64,000 bases of DNA, taken from NCBI GenBank assembly GCA_973895155.1, contig OZ316894.1, positions 681,968 to 745,967 of the forward strand, in the 5' to 3' direction. The DNA is from Marsupella aquatica. Lineage: Eukaryota > Plantae > Marchantiophyta. The notes beneath the pieces are model-generated. The model saw nothing but the letters and a program-made list of their open reading frames with translations. It had not been told where the DNA came from and ran no database searches. Shown here in pieces: positions 24,207 through 38,000 of the stretch. Position numbers and translations under genes: made by a program. Positions within the stretch are counted from its first letter, which is position 1, and every line of letters begins with the position of its first letter.

Positions 24207-27200
24207 ATGTTGAGGAACTTTCGTGGTAGTCAAGATGACTTGAATAGGAGGGATGACAAGTTGTGGCGTCGACAGACTGCAGCCTGTAGAGCTGCTGGGA
24301 TGACAAAGATAAAATGTCCTTGCTACATTTGCAACTGTAGGGGTAATCGTGTTAGTCTAGGGACTGTTAAAAAGCACCTCATTCAGAATTCTCGCCACCC
24401 ATCGCAAAGGTATTGGTGGGGAGAGGACTGTGACTCTTCTGATGATGAGTGGAATGCACGATGCATGGAGGGGGATGGTGCATTTGAGGGCCCTGTGGAC
24501 AATGCAAGATGTGCAGAGGAACTTGCCAATGATATGGATTGTGGCATAGATATCCCTGGGATACTAGAGGACCTAGCAATACCAAGTGAAACTGCTAGTG
24601 CCAGTGAACCCGTCCAAGAAACCACTGCAGAGGAGCCCACTCTGCAGGAAAGTGAAGAGGGTCTCTTCAACATGGATGATCTTCTGGAGGCGGACAGTAC
24701 ATCTGGAGAAGCAACACCTTAGATTTGGGACCAACAGGCAGAGGAGAAGATGATGCGAGCATTTGAAGAGGCGTGTGCCCCTTTGTATGAGGGGTCCACT
24801 ACTTCCCAATTGTCATTTGTGCTGACATTTCTAAACACATGCCATAATCATGGTTTCACCAACTCTGGAGTTGATGAACTGCTTTCGTTGATGGGGAAAC
24901 AGTTGATGCCTGCTAAGAATCTGCTGCCTAAAAACCTGTATGCATGCAAGAAGCTAATCAGTCATGCTGGCTTGGATTATGTCAAAATTCATGCTTGTGA
25001 GGATGGATGTGTCCTATTTAGAAAGGAGCATGCTGATTGCGATGAGTGTCCACTGTGCAAAAAGCCTAGGTATAAGCAGGTTGGGCAATCAAAGCAACCT
25101 ATGAAAGTCCTTCGACATTTCCCCCTCATACCCAGGTTGAAACGAATGTACAGGTGCAAGGCTATTTCAGAGTTGATGACATGGCATAAGGACAGTAAAA
25201 GCACAGATGGAAAGGTCCGGCATGTTGCAGATTCTAGGGCATGGAAGGAGATTGATACAACAATTGATCCAACATTTGAAGCAGAGCCTCGCAATGTACA
25301 CCTTGGATTGGCTCTGGATGGTGTGAATCCCTTTGGGGAAAACAACCTCAAGCATTCTACGTGGCCTGTGGTATTGTTGAATTACAATTTGCCCCCTTGG
25401 TTGTCCACCAAGAAGTTCTTCATTATGTTATCTTTGCTGATCCCTGGGCCTGATTCAGTGACTGACCGCAACATTGACATTTACATGGCTCCATTGTTGG
25501 AGGAGCTTTTGGAGCTCTGGGAGGGAGTTCCATGCTTTGATTCACTTGATAGGCCTGGCCTGAATAAGTGGTTCAATCTACGGGCCATTCTATTGTGGAC
25601 AATGAATGACTATCCAGCTTTGGGTCTCATATCGGGTCAAGTCACAAAAGGATATCATGGATGCATTGTGTGTGGTCCCAATGTGAGCTGCAGAAGGTCT
25701 GCTGCTCTATCCAAAAATGTATTTCTGGGGAGTAGAAGGTGGTTGGAGGAGAACCATAAGTACCGCTCCCAAAGTTATGCAGCAAAATTTGATGGGGAGT
25801 GCGAGCCACGGGGGCCTCCCCCAAGGATGACTTGTGAGCAAAAATTAGCCTTTGCTGCTGAGGTGGAAGAGTACTTGAAAACACCTGGGGCCAAACAAGG
25901 AAGCAAGAACTGTCCTTCGAAGCTTCATGGGGTGAAGAGGACACAAGAGCTTGCAAAGCTGCCATACTGGTCGGTGAGTAAAATCACACTTGCATTCACG
26001 TTTTTTACTTGAAGATATTGCAACCAGCATTGTACACACATGTCAATTTGCAGTTGGACTGATTTGCTTTTTGTTGTTTGCATACAGAAACTTCTGATCA
26101 ACCATGTGCTGGATCCCATGCACACAGAGAAGAACATTGCTCAGAATTTGATTCACACTACTTCTGGGAAGAAGGATACCACTGCTGTGCGGAATGATAT
26201 GGAGGCTGAAGGCATTCACGAGCAGCTATGGATGAAGCCTCATCCAAACAATAAGAAGGATCACTTTGTGAAGCCCAAGGCGCCCTATGTGATGAGCAAA
26301 CCAGAGCTGGAGAAGTTTCTGGGCACTTTGAAGAACTTGAAAGTTCCCACAGATTTTGGTAGCTCATTGGCAAAGTGTGTGAGAGCCAGCAATAAGTTGG
26401 CTGGTCTCAAGTCTCATGACTACCATTGCCTAATGCAGCAGATACTTCCCTTGGCATTGAAGGACTTGATGGCAACAGGACCTCGAATGGCTATCATTAG
26501 TGTGTGTCGTGTGTGGCGTAAAATTTGCTGTAAGGTTTGGGACCCTAGCACTAAGGATGAACTGATGACAGATGTGGCACATACTTTGTGTGCTCTGGAA
26601 ATGCATTTTCCAGCTTCATTTTTTGATGTCATGACACATTTGATGGTGCATATAGTGGAAGAGCTAGATATATGTGGACCTGTATCACAACGGTGGATGT
26701 ATCCAATCGAGAGATACCTGAAAAACCTAAAGGGTTTTGTAAGAAATAGGGCACGACCAGAGGCATCTATGGCTGAGGGTTATATCCTAGAGGAGGCATT
26801 GGGATTTCTCACAGAGTATATGGTTCAGTGCCAAGTAACTCGGCAGCAGGTCTGGGACTCTGAAGAAGAGGCAGGGGTTAAAGGTGTGGTCCTGGAAGGG
26901 GCCTCAAGTAAACTGTCTCTAACTGTTGCTGATCGAGATGCTGCCCACACCTATTACCTACAGAACCATGTACAGGTTGCACCATGGCTCAGGTACATGA
27001 TAAGCTCATTTTGTTTATGGCTGTCTCAGTGTTCAGTAATGTAGTTCTAAATGCGCTTTCACAATATGACAGTATTTCTTTTATGATATCTGACATTGTT
27101 CTTTGCTTGCTTGGAAGGTTGTATGAGTCAGAAGAGGAGGAGCGAAGGATAGAAAGGGAAGCTGTTGTAAGACAAAATAATGCAGAACGACGACGAGGCA

Positions 27201-28048
27201 GACGTCAAGCAATGGCCTGTCCTGCTGAATTTGCTTCCATTCCTTTTGGAGTGTGGTTCAGGGATACAATACACAAGGCTAACCTGGATGACAATGAGGA
27301 CAAGTTGTTGTTGACTGCAATTTCTTTTCCACCAAGCCAGAAGGCTTTGTCTTACAATTCAATGAAGGCTTTTGGGAACCATTACAGAGTGATGCGCTGC
27401 AAAGATAGGAATGGTGAATGGCGTGAGATGTCCACTCTCAGGGACACTGATTGTCAAGGATATGCTACATTCAATTCAGGGGTGGCCACAACTTTCCATG
27501 AGCAGATCAGGGAAGAAACTGGAGTGAATTTGGCCAAGCTTACATATGTGGGGGTTATGACACAGATACTTGTGCTTGACTATGGACCTCTGTTACATTC
27601 TGAACCAGCCATAATCTTGAAGGCAAAGTGGGTGCGGTCTAAGTGGGGAGAGCAGAGGTCTAATCCATCAATGAAACATGACGAGACTGGCCTATGGCTT
27701 GCTAATTTTAATATGCCTTATCCCTCAGCTGAGAAATTAGATTATGTCTTGCCCAGTCAGATTGAGCAGGTTTTCTTTTACCCAAACACAGCCAGGGCCT
27801 CTTGGAGACATGTCCTCCATAAGGAAGGGAGGTCTCGACGAGTTGTTGAGGGTATAAATGACCTTGAGTTTAATGATCTTGTGGATCGTCATGAGGCTGT
27901 TGAGGCTGAGCTTGTTGCAGCAGCTAACAGACGAGTGCCCTTGGATGAAGGAGAAATTGTAGTTTTTCAGGAGATGGCAGTGTTGACAAGAAGTGATAGT
28001 GATGATGATGATGTCTGGGAAGATGAAGAAGATTCAGATGAAGAGTGA
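24207..28048 (+). pseudogene. CACTA TnpD-type transposase (3 exons) with one premature stop
   Basis: Motifs: transposase-associated CPCYIC..KHL, LALDGVNPF, YNLPPW, LDPMHTEKN, GLKSHDYH, RWMYPIER. Predicted introns are 25974-26087 and 26993-27117. There is an in-frame TAG at 24720-24722. Confidence 0.93.
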
Positions 28049-28121
28049 GAATGTGCCTCTTGGGGCAGGAAGTACTGATTGCTCTTTGGTGATAGTGTTT
28101 TTTATGCAGTTTTGAATTGAA

Positions 28122-31096
28122 ATGCATGATCGGTCTGGGGTGAAAGGTTCTGAGAATGCCTATGAGGCACAGAGGAATAAGAACATAGCAGCCAACCAAG
28201 CTATACTTGACCAGTTTGTAGGAACTGCTGCAAGAGATTTAAAGTATGTACTCTATCCCTATATAGTTTTGAATTTATGCCTTGACTTTATTACTAATTA
28301 ATGGTTCACACTCATGACATTGCCAGGGTGATTGCAGTTTACAGGGTGAGGCAAGGGTCAAGCGTCTATCTAAGTTGTCAAAGAAGACTGAACAGAATCA
28401 GCCGTCTATAGCAAAGCGTAGGAGTTCACGATTACTTGGCAGGCACCTGGAGAAAATCATGGAGAGTGACAACAGTGGGAGTGATGAGTCTGAAAAATCA
28501 GCTGACACAAATTATGGGGCAGGTTTAAGTGATGATCACGAATCAGATGGTGTTCAAGAGCTACGTAAGGTAAGAGAAGACTCACTATCATTTTCTACTT
28601 CACTTGAAGCTAATTGCATTAATTGTCCAATTTCTGTATATCTCAATCTGGTGCTACTGTTACTAATTACTTGAATGTGCACACTGTTATCCTCAGGCTC
28701 CCCGAAAGTCAGGGCTTAAATATTATGTGGATCCTAGGACAAAGGAAGTGAGTGTGTGTAAGTAATTTATTCATTACCTCACTTGCCATGAACTTGTTTT
28801 TGACTTGCCAAGTGAATCCTGAGTTCAGAGTTCTCACAGTTGCAGATTGATTGTCACAAGTTACATTAATGTTTGACTTGCTAATAGAATCTCTTTGGTT
28901 GGTTGTGGTAGTGACACCCTTGCCTAGAGCATCTGCTCGTGATCTGGATGATGGAATTGTCACAGAAAGATCAGAACAGACACACGTACGACAATCATCT
29001 CGTGCTGCAAAGAAACAATGGGAAGAGAACACAAGCGAGCGTCGCAAGTTGGGCATGAAGAAAGCTGCAATCACTGTATGTTGCTTGTGAAAGATCATGC
29101 TTGTGATTTATTGTTTGTCCTTTGTTATTGGTCTCTTATGATGCATTGTGTGCAGATTTGGAACAATGATGTTGATCCCAATGATCCATATCGGGCACGT
29201 TGGGGAGATGATCTTCGTGCTGTGTGTATGGGTAAACTGAATCCTTCTATCCGTGAGATTAAGAAGCAAGACTCAGGGGTTCTTCTTCATGTTTATGTTG
29301 TGTTGGAGAACGATTGGGCATATGTACAGGGGACTCTGTCAATGAAGAAGTTCAGGTCTCATTGTTCAGCAGTAATGAAAGCACAGCGAGCAAGACTCCA
29401 CAAACATTTTCAGGAAGGTGGAAGACGCTTGGACAAGAAGCCCCCTGAGAATGTGAAGCCTGAACATTGGAAGGCATTGTGTGAGTGGTGGCTGTCTCCA
29501 GAAGGGATGTCTAGCATTGACAAGATGAAGTATGCAAGATCTAAAGTCATTAATCCATCAAGGGTTGGACGAGGTGGCTACCGTGGGAAGGAGTCTGACT
29601 TTGTAAGTATACAAGATTCATTTACAGTTATTATGAATGTTTGTAAACAACAAGTAGGCTTACAGCATGTGTCTTCCTTTGTTTTAGCAATTGGTATGCA
29701 AAGAAGCAAGAAGTTTCATTCTAATATGTATTGTTTGGTTTCATTGCTCAGAAGAGAAAAAGAGGGGAAAGTCCACCTCTGTCTGAGCTACGCTCAAAAG
29801 ATGATAGATTTGGAGTATCAAGTGTGAGATCTGTCACAGGACAGACCACACCATCTCATCGGAGAGGCAGAAAGTCAATTGTGAGTATTAGTTCACAAGT
29901 CCAATTTTTGATTTCCAAATTGCCAAGTCTAGGTGATATCCACTAACTTTTGTATGATTGTTCAATGGTTGCAGACACCAGGTTCCAGGGCTATGATGGG
30001 AGACGAGGAAGGACGTGATGAGCATATGTTGAGTACAATTGTGAATGCAATAAGTACAGGGATGAGTATTGGGTTTAAGCAAATGTTAACTGTTTTGACA
30101 AAACCTAGCCTAAGTCAAGATGTGGAAGAAACCAGAACTGTCCCAGTTGGGCCGGGACAGTCTTCAATGCCCTCACGAATGAGTTCAGTTCCGAAAAGTC
30201 ATTCAGGCCGTAGTACTTCAGCTGTGAAACTAGACTTTTTGGTGGACTTGACCAAAGAAGGTATGTTCTTTATAGAGGACAGTTAAAGTATGTGTAATCA
30301 AGCATGCATGACTTGGATTAGTGAATGTTTTCTAATGTCTTGAAATGTTAATGGGCAGTTGAAGATGATCAGGGGATTGATCTCAATGCTGCTGTGGAAT
30401 ACAATTATGACCCAGTGATTGTGAAGCAAGAGATCAATGAAGAAACAGAGGTGGTATACAGTTCGCCTGCGCAGCATGATCAAGCAGGCAAAGATAAGGT
30501 TGGAATACCATCTAAACCCTAAACTTTGTACTATTAATGTGTTCATTATCCCATGAATTTGTAATGTGAACCTGGTAGGGCATGCTTATGTAAGTTGTCT
30601 CACCCTAATCTATTTTGTAGGAGATAATAGAAGCTTTGACACCTGAAGTTGTTTTGACAAAGTCATCTGAAGAAGCCATTGTTACAGAGTTTTCAAAGTC
30701 GATCCCTTCACCTTTTGTCTTGAAGGTGAGCAAAAGCAAATGATTGCTTTCAATACATGTCCTATTCGTTTATTTGCTGTAACTTGTCATTAACAAGTCT
30801 AAGTAATGAAATGGCTGTGTTATGTTGTTGATGTGTGACAGTTTAAAGTAGGAGACATGGTGAAATTGAAATCACCAGTGGATCAGCAGGTGATTGCTAT
30901 TGCCAGAATCGATGGAGTATGTGGACTTGATCGATATTATGACAACCCAGTTCCTACTGGCTTCTTGATTGTCAAAGCTGTTTCTATTTTGAATGGAGAT
31001 GCACCTCTCCAAGAAAAGCACCCAGAAGGCTTGGTAGCCCTCAAACATGTGAAGGGGCACCCATTTTTGTGGAGGCAGAAGTTAATGAGGAAGTAG
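28122..31096 (+). CDS. CACTA TnpA/Ptta-like multi-exon gene (exon structure not fully resolved)
   Basis: Contains AYEAQRNKNIAANQAIL, a Transposase_24-like segment PPENVKPEHWKALCEWW...SRVGRGGY, and C-terminal VKLKSP...PFLW. Many GT-AG boundaries are visible. Confidence 0.7.
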
Positions 31097-31802
31097 GATT
31101 AGTAATTGAGGAGTAGAGCTTGCAATAGAGAATCCATGTGATTGAAGAAGTATGTAGGTTCCCATATAGGTAGCATGGATACTATTGTGCAACTATGGCT
31201 CTCAGTTTTTGGATTCCCAGATGTGTATCACTCTGGAATTTTGTTGGTGTTTGAAATGATGACTTACTAAGATTGTGTCATTTCTCAAATTTATTTGAAT
31301 GTGTATGTGAGACATTTGAGGTTTTTGCTATTGCTATTTAGGGTTTAGAACTTTAAAACTAATGACTCTACATCTAGTGATTCGACATTCCAATGTACTA
31401 TCATTCAAGTTCTATAGTACACCCAAATCACTACAATTGAAGTGATCAATACTAGATTGTGGCCATACTACTGCAACTATAGTTATCAAAGATATGATGT
31501 TCATCACCCATTTTAAAGTTGTAACGTAGCAATCTATAACACTTAAGATGTAGTCATATAGCAAGTAATAATGGACTGAATGATAGGTCTGTAAATACAG
31601 TCATATATAACAAATAACAAAAGCTTTACAATTACTACTTCAATTTAAGACATATATCAAGAACTAAATTGTAAAATAATATCTTTATTACGTTAAACTT
31701 AGTTATATAGCTGCAAGTACTACATGTGTCTAATATGTCATGTTATCACTTTAAATTTAGTGTCACTACAAGTTGTAAATGTAATTTGGTTATGATTTCA
31801 AT

Positions 31803-32340
31803 TCTAGTCATATAACTAGTATTAAAAGTTGACACAAAGTATCTTTAAGACTCAAAATCTAGTCATATAGTGGCAAGGGCTATATAGTTTCTACTTGAAT
31901 TCTAGTCATGAAATAAGTTATTTGAGGTTCAGGGTGCATTGATCACAATTGACTTTTGGCAATTGTCACCCCCAATGATTCTGGAGACCGCCACATGTTT
32001 AGGTATCATTTGTCAAAAAAAGTCACCATAGTAGTCGTTTTGGGCAAAATTTAATAATTGTTATTTTTCTAGTCATATAACTAGTATTAAAAGTTCGACA
32101 CAAAGTATCTTTAAGACTCAAAATCTAGTCATATAGTGGCAAGGGCTATATAGTTTCTACTTGAATTCTAGTCATGAAAGAAGTTGTTTGAGGTTCAAGG
32201 TGCATTGACCACAATTGACTTTTGGCAAATGTCACCCCCAATGATTGTGGAGACCGCCACATGTCTAAGTATCATTTGTCAAAAAAAGTCACCATAGTAG
32301 TTGTTTTGGGCAAAATTTAAATAACTGTTATTTTTCTAGT
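31803..32340. repeat. 265-bp tandem duplication in the CACTA 3' subterminal region
   Basis: TCTAGTCATATAACTAGTATTAAAAGTT occurs at 31803 and 32068, each followed by near-identical sequence. Confidence 0.88.
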
Positions 32341-32547
32341 TATTTAAGACCGTTGGGTTTGAAACCGACGGTGACATAAACCACTCATACATTTTGAGTA
32401 CTTGTTATAAACGACTTCATGCTCAATACGACTAGTTGTCTAAAGCGACTGACATTAGTGCACTCAAACCATTGAGTTGTAAATTGTCCGTTATCACTCT
32501 GAAACAAGTGAATTAGGTAGTGATAAAATCCCGATTTCCTTCTAGTG

Positions 32548-32906
32548 GTAGTTGGATTGAATTTGACAAGAAGATCCATAAATTTGTTTTAGGAGATAGA
32601 TCTCACCCAGAAGCGAAGGCAATATATACTGAGCTCAATAAATTGACTGAAAACCTGAAGGTTGAAGGCTACATTCCGGATACTCAACTTGCGTTGCATG
32701 ATATGAATGAGAAGGATAAAGACCTAGCTCTTTGCTCTCATAGTGAGAAGTTGGCTATTGCTTACGGACTTATGCACATACCTCAGGGGAAGCCAATTTG
32801 AGTATGGAAGAACCTTCGGGTGTGTTCAGATTGCCATACTGCAACCAAGTTTATCTCTAAGGTGACTGGACACGAGATTGTAGCCAGCGATACCAATCGC
32901 TTTCAC
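32548..32906 (+). pseudogene. PPR-DYW paralog, piece 2 (DYW core)
   Basis: Reads SWIEFDKKIHKFVLGDRSHPE...HSEKLAIAYGL...[13 protein letters not shown]...DTNRFH, with a premature TGA at 32799-32801. Confidence 0.93.
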
Positions 32907-33758
32907 GAGGTTTTTCCCCATGACAGGAAACAGAAAATAGTAACAATCATAACAGGAAAAATAGAGGAACAAAACAGGAGATTTGGTACTAGCATACACA
33001 AAAGATGACATAATTTTGGACAAAAAAGGAGGCCAATTTCAATAGGAACTCCAATATGTTTAGAGTTCTCTACAGTAATTATGGAAAGACAAGTTTTACT
33101 AGCGCCGAGCGCTAACCAAGAGTTTGTTGCCGTTCAAAACAACATTAACAAAATGTCCGTTCAACGTATCGTCGAATGATCAAAATTCCAATAAACCATG
33201 CAGATTCTCCCTTCCTACGATGAACTGGAGTTCTCCGACATTCAAAATTGGCTGGCTGGTAAGACCGAATACATCGGATGAAGCTTAAAGATTGTTTTGT
33301 CAGAGGGCTTTCCATTTGACAGGAACCCGATTCCAGTAACAGGAAACAACCAATTTCAACAATAAAAGAGCCACTAATAGTATTCGCAACATATTTGGAG
33401 GACACAAGAAAAAGAAGAGATGAAAGACACAATTTTATAGAGGCGGGTTTACATAATTGTGGAGGAGAACATAACATATAATAGTAGCGCCAGGCGCTAG
33501 CGACACGCGCTACTTGAAAAAGAAATTACATTGATATCCAGAAGGTAATAAAAGTCCATAACCTTCAAGAAAAAGAAATAACCCTAATAACATACTCAAA
33601 AAACCTAATGCGATAATAAAACGAAAGGAGCAATAAAGCTAACTCGGCCAAACCGGAGCCCCCATTCAAAAAGATGACATGAATCAAACTCATGAACGAC
33701 TCCAACAATGAGATGAAAGCTAGCACCAGGCGCTAGTGTCAAAGAAGAAATCCACTCT

Positions 33759-34229
33759 CTAGGAAGTAGAAGACATGCAGTCGTCGTCCAATCCAGCTTT
33801 GAACCTATCCTCATCCTGTCGAAACCCATCCTCTCGATCCAGAAAAAAATGAGGTCCGGGATAGCGATTCCGACTCCGGTCGTTCGGGATGTTCGAATCT
33901 GAAAAGTTCACACGTCCGGTGTCTGCTTGGATGTCTCTGAAAAAAGCTGTCCTTTCCACCCGATACACATTGGAAGGATCCGGGTCGTGAACAGAGAACC
34001 TCTCTCGGAAAGGAAGTGGAGGCGAAGGATCACGCGATGGAAGGTGTCCAGTTCTGTGGCTAATACCCTCATCCGGGGCCAGCCACAACCTGTTCCTCTC
34101 GGTCGACGTCTCTGGGCACTGCGTAAAAGATGGAGTCAAATCTAAACCCGGATCTCTAATCGACCTCCAAACCATCGCCTTTGGCGGATTGCAGCTCTCC
34201 AATTTTGCTATTTGCTTTCCCTTATCCAT
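33759..34229 (-). CDS. Small MULE cargo ORF of unknown function (starts MDKGKQIAK)
   Basis: Open frame from the ATG at 34229, just downstream of a 39-bp tandem repeat. No domain was recognised. Confidence 0.35.
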   Translation of the reverse strand: MDKGKQIAKLESCNPPKAMVWRSIRDPGLDLTPSFTQCPETSTERNRLWLAPDEGISHRTGHLPSRDPSPPLPFRERFSVHDPDPSNVYRVERTAFFRDIQADTGRVNFSDSNIPNDRSRNRYPGPHFFLDREDGFRQDEDRFKAGLDDDCMSSTS

Positions 34230-34270
34230 TGAGTTGATGGAAACAACGGATGCAAAACTCAGGGAGAAGA

Positions 34271-34387
34271 GAAGAGGTGAGTCCGGGCAGACCAGAAATG
34301 AAACGAAGGGAAGAGGTGAGTCTGGGCAGTGCACAAATGAAACGAAGGGAAGAGGTGAGTCAGCGCCTCACAGAAATGAAAGGGAGA
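34271..34387. repeat. 39-bp tandem repeat, 3 copies
   Basis: GAAGAGGTGAGTC occurs at 34271, 34310 and 34349. Confidence 0.85.
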
Positions 34388-35079
34388 AATGTGTTTAGGG
34401 TTGAACAAACACGAAGTTGAACAATCCCGAAGTTGAACAAACACTACACTTTGAGAGAGTCCAAATGATCATATCAACCACAAACAAAAATATGTACAGA
34501 CTGAAGGTATAATTATTCATCGTACAACTGTATGAGTACATGCATTTCTGATATCTGCACAAATATGCACTCAGGAAAGAGACTCCCGGTGCGTTTATCT
34601 CCTTTAAAGTCTCAGATCCGAACACCCTGTTTAATAGCGTCGGGCGCTAGTACAAGGTTCCAAAGAAAACATTAGAAATTCCCACTCAACCTATTCCAAG
34701 TCAGAAGACTCGGACTCGCTACTGCCAGACCTATCTGTAGACTCAGCTTCATCATCTATAAATTTGCTTCTAGGTCCATCGTTGAGTAAAGGCTGATGGA
34801 TGAATTTCCTATCTGAACCTCTTCTTAACTTAAGCCCTTACTCTCCCAAGTAAGTGTTCTCCTCTGTTCTTCTTTGCGTGCAGCATATTCTGCATACGAG
34901 GGCAACACGAAAGGCTTCTGAGGAGAAACGAGAACTTTTCTCGAGTATTTCCTCCGAAGATTAAAACGTTCTTGAAGATTCCACTCCGATCTGGAAGAGG
35001 AACGGAACCATATTAGAATTGAAAATGAAAATGGGACAGTAACAGAATCGATAATGTAAAGTGAAGTAGCTTACGGGCA

Positions 35080-38000
35080 TTACTCAGAAGAATCCGAATC
35101 TTCTATTTCTTCCGTCGTATGCCTCTCCTTCTCATCCCCTTCATTTTCCTCTCCTTGTCCTCCTGAAGCAGCATCTCCAACAGCATCTCCATCCTCTTCA
35201 TCTTCAGAGTCAAAATTTAAGACAGAGCGAACTTTATCTTTTTGTTTTCTTCCCACATCTTTAGCGGGAGATGAGGAACTGACATCCTTTGGAATCAATA
35301 AATCCATCCATGTCTTTTCCGCAATCTCAACAAACTCTTTTTGGTTTTCTATACCAAGAATAAAACGACCACAATAGTCACCAGCAACAAATGTACTTTC
35401 CGAACCCACAGTCCAGTCCATGACAATGTCACCCGGCCGAGTGATTAACTCTAACACAGATTGCATGAACCCAACGGACAAGCGTCCATTGCCAGCAAAC
35501 GCTGCTGAAGGAGTTGGATCCTTCCTCACACTCGGGAGACCAATAAGGTTAGTGATAGAAGGATCTTCAGTTGCAGAGAGGGGTCGAAACTTGGGGTCCT
35601 TTGGAACCTTAACCTTTGACGAAACACGACTGAATAGATCCAATCTCAATGTGAAAACCTGTGAAATCCCAACAAACTCCATTGTTAAGATGTCGACGAT
35701 CCAACCAGAAAATCATTTAAATCACGGCATAACAATGAATTTTGGATAGCGCCAGGTGCTAACAAAGAATATCCCCTTAATCAAAGGGTATATGAAAACA
35801 TTTTTAGCTAGCGCTTGGCGCTAACAAAGGACAGCACGAAGAGTGAGAGAATTTACCTGGCAATCACTTCGGGCCATGTACATTGGAACTCCCATAACCA
35901 CGTTCAGGGTTTTCACACACTGAAACTTTTGAGACTCCTGGCTCGCGCCGATGACCTGCGAGATCTGATCATACTTGCCGGTATGGAAAATGGCCAATAT
36001 ACCATCATCTGCTAGAAAGGGGTCCATTGCGCAAAAGAATGAACCAACAATTCTGTGATCTGGGGAATTCCATTTTGGAGACTTCTTCTCTAAAAGGGAT
36101 GGGCGCAGTCCAGTTGGGAGGTAAACGAATCCAGCATCAACTCCAAATGATCTTATCTTTCCTCCTCTTATGACTCCTTTCTCCCTTAGACCAAGCAAGA
36201 CTAGGTCTTCACCCACTTCTCCACATTTGACACCCAAGCCGGTTTCTGCTCTTTCATGAACACACTCTCAAAGAAGTCCATTACGCTGGACTCAACAAAA
36301 ACATGCCTAGAAGTCTTAGACTTGAACTGTCCAACATCTCGTTGAACACCAGTAGAAGCGACCGAATCCCGAGAGGAAAATCCATGATCCAAAGATTTCT
36401 TTTTCTTTTTCTTCGTGCTGGTGGCATCTGCAGGTCGCACCATCTTCTCCGTGTTGGGAGGAGTCTGTTCATCAGGGATATCTTGTTCCCCCGTATCAGC
36501 TTCAGAGACTCCAGGAGTGACAGTCGTCTTTGCATCTTGTGTTTCTTCTCCATCCGATTTCCGTCCACCTAGAAAAAGATACAAAAGTTTCCAAGATTAC
36601 GGTCCACATAACACCAGCGTCGGGCGCTAACCAAACTGCCCCAAAAATCAACCGATAAATAGACAACTTGATCTGCAGCGCTCATCAAAAGTCACCGACA
36701 TAATCAAGCTGGTGGAGAGAAAATACAGAATGCCAATGGAAAATAACACCAGCGCCGGGCGCTAACCAAACTGCACAAAAATCAAGCAATAAAGGGACAC
36801 CAACATCTGTGGCGCTAAACAAAAAGTCACCTAAATATCCAAACTAGTGAAGGGAAAATACGGAATGCCAATGAAAAATAGAAGAATCTCACGTTTCTTC
36901 CCGGATCTCGTTGATGGGCTGGTTACTCCAGTGTCTACTTTTGCTTTCGCCCGGGGTTTTCGACTCCTGTCTACATGCAAAACTTCTGTTTCGCAATGTT
37001 TCTGCAGCTCGCTCACCGAGGCATCTACATCTTTCGATAAACCTTGTTTCATTTTAGAGAGAACTTTTCAAGGCACTAAAGACTTTGATAATTTCAGAAA
37101 TGCATCCTTTTCAGCTTCATCGAAAGGGGTGTCCCACTTATCTATGTCAAGATACCATGGACAGTGGGTTATCTCCCACAATGAAATGTCACGTGGTGGA
37201 ACGTCCCCTTCGGCAGGGTGCATTGAGTAAACTTCGCTAGAAGCATCCCCCTCTAGAACGGACCATTTCTGGAATGCAGGAGGGTAAGCCCAAAAATACT
37301 CTGGAGAACTGGTCTCCATCGCCATGTAGAAGCGATACAGATATCTCTTGGCTCGCTTCTGGTTGCGAATGGTATAGTCTTCCTTGTCTCCGTACTTGGA
37401 CTGCCAAATTGTGCTAAAAAACTTCGCCTTCACTGTTTCACCGTATGTCTTGAAATCATTGGTGATGTTCAAGACCAAAGCTTCAAATGTCTCCACTCCT
37501 CCTAGCGTCAGACGATCAGCAGGTAGGATCGACTGGACTTGCGAAAGAGATGTCTGTAACATTGCAATTGCAATTCCTTCCACCAAACTCCACATGTGCC
37601 ATGTATGACACCACTGTTTAACAGGGTCATCATTCACACTCGGGGGATGGTAAAATTGTTTTTTGAGCTTGGGTGTACAGTGAGCGACAAGAAGAGTACA
37701 GCGCAGTTGTGGATCCAAGTAGGAGACAGCAGTGAATAGACGCGCGCGGTCCATTGTACATACTACAGAGTCCGGCTTCTTTTCTCGTTTCTTCCTCTCC
37801 GTAAGAATGTACATTTCTGCACAAGTTGACAGAAAATCACCAAACTCTGGGCTTATCAGGGGGTAATCTTGGATGTCTTTATGCTCCACTCCTTCGTTGC
37901 CTCCTTCATCATGGCAGCATACCGCTTACCAGTCTCTTCAGATGACCACGGGCGACCTTGACTTGTCGCAACAGCCAAGTCAAGCTTAAATTGAAGTGAA

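Larger units (their letters stand above)
13398..32547 (+). mobile_element. Full-length CACTA (En/Spm) DNA transposon, 19,150 bp
   Basis: Termini are CACTAGAAG and CTTCTAGTG. The 3-bp TSD GTA is at 13395-13397 and 32548-32550. Removing the element restores PGR-SWIE. It encodes TnpD-like and TnpA-like genes. Confidence 0.96.
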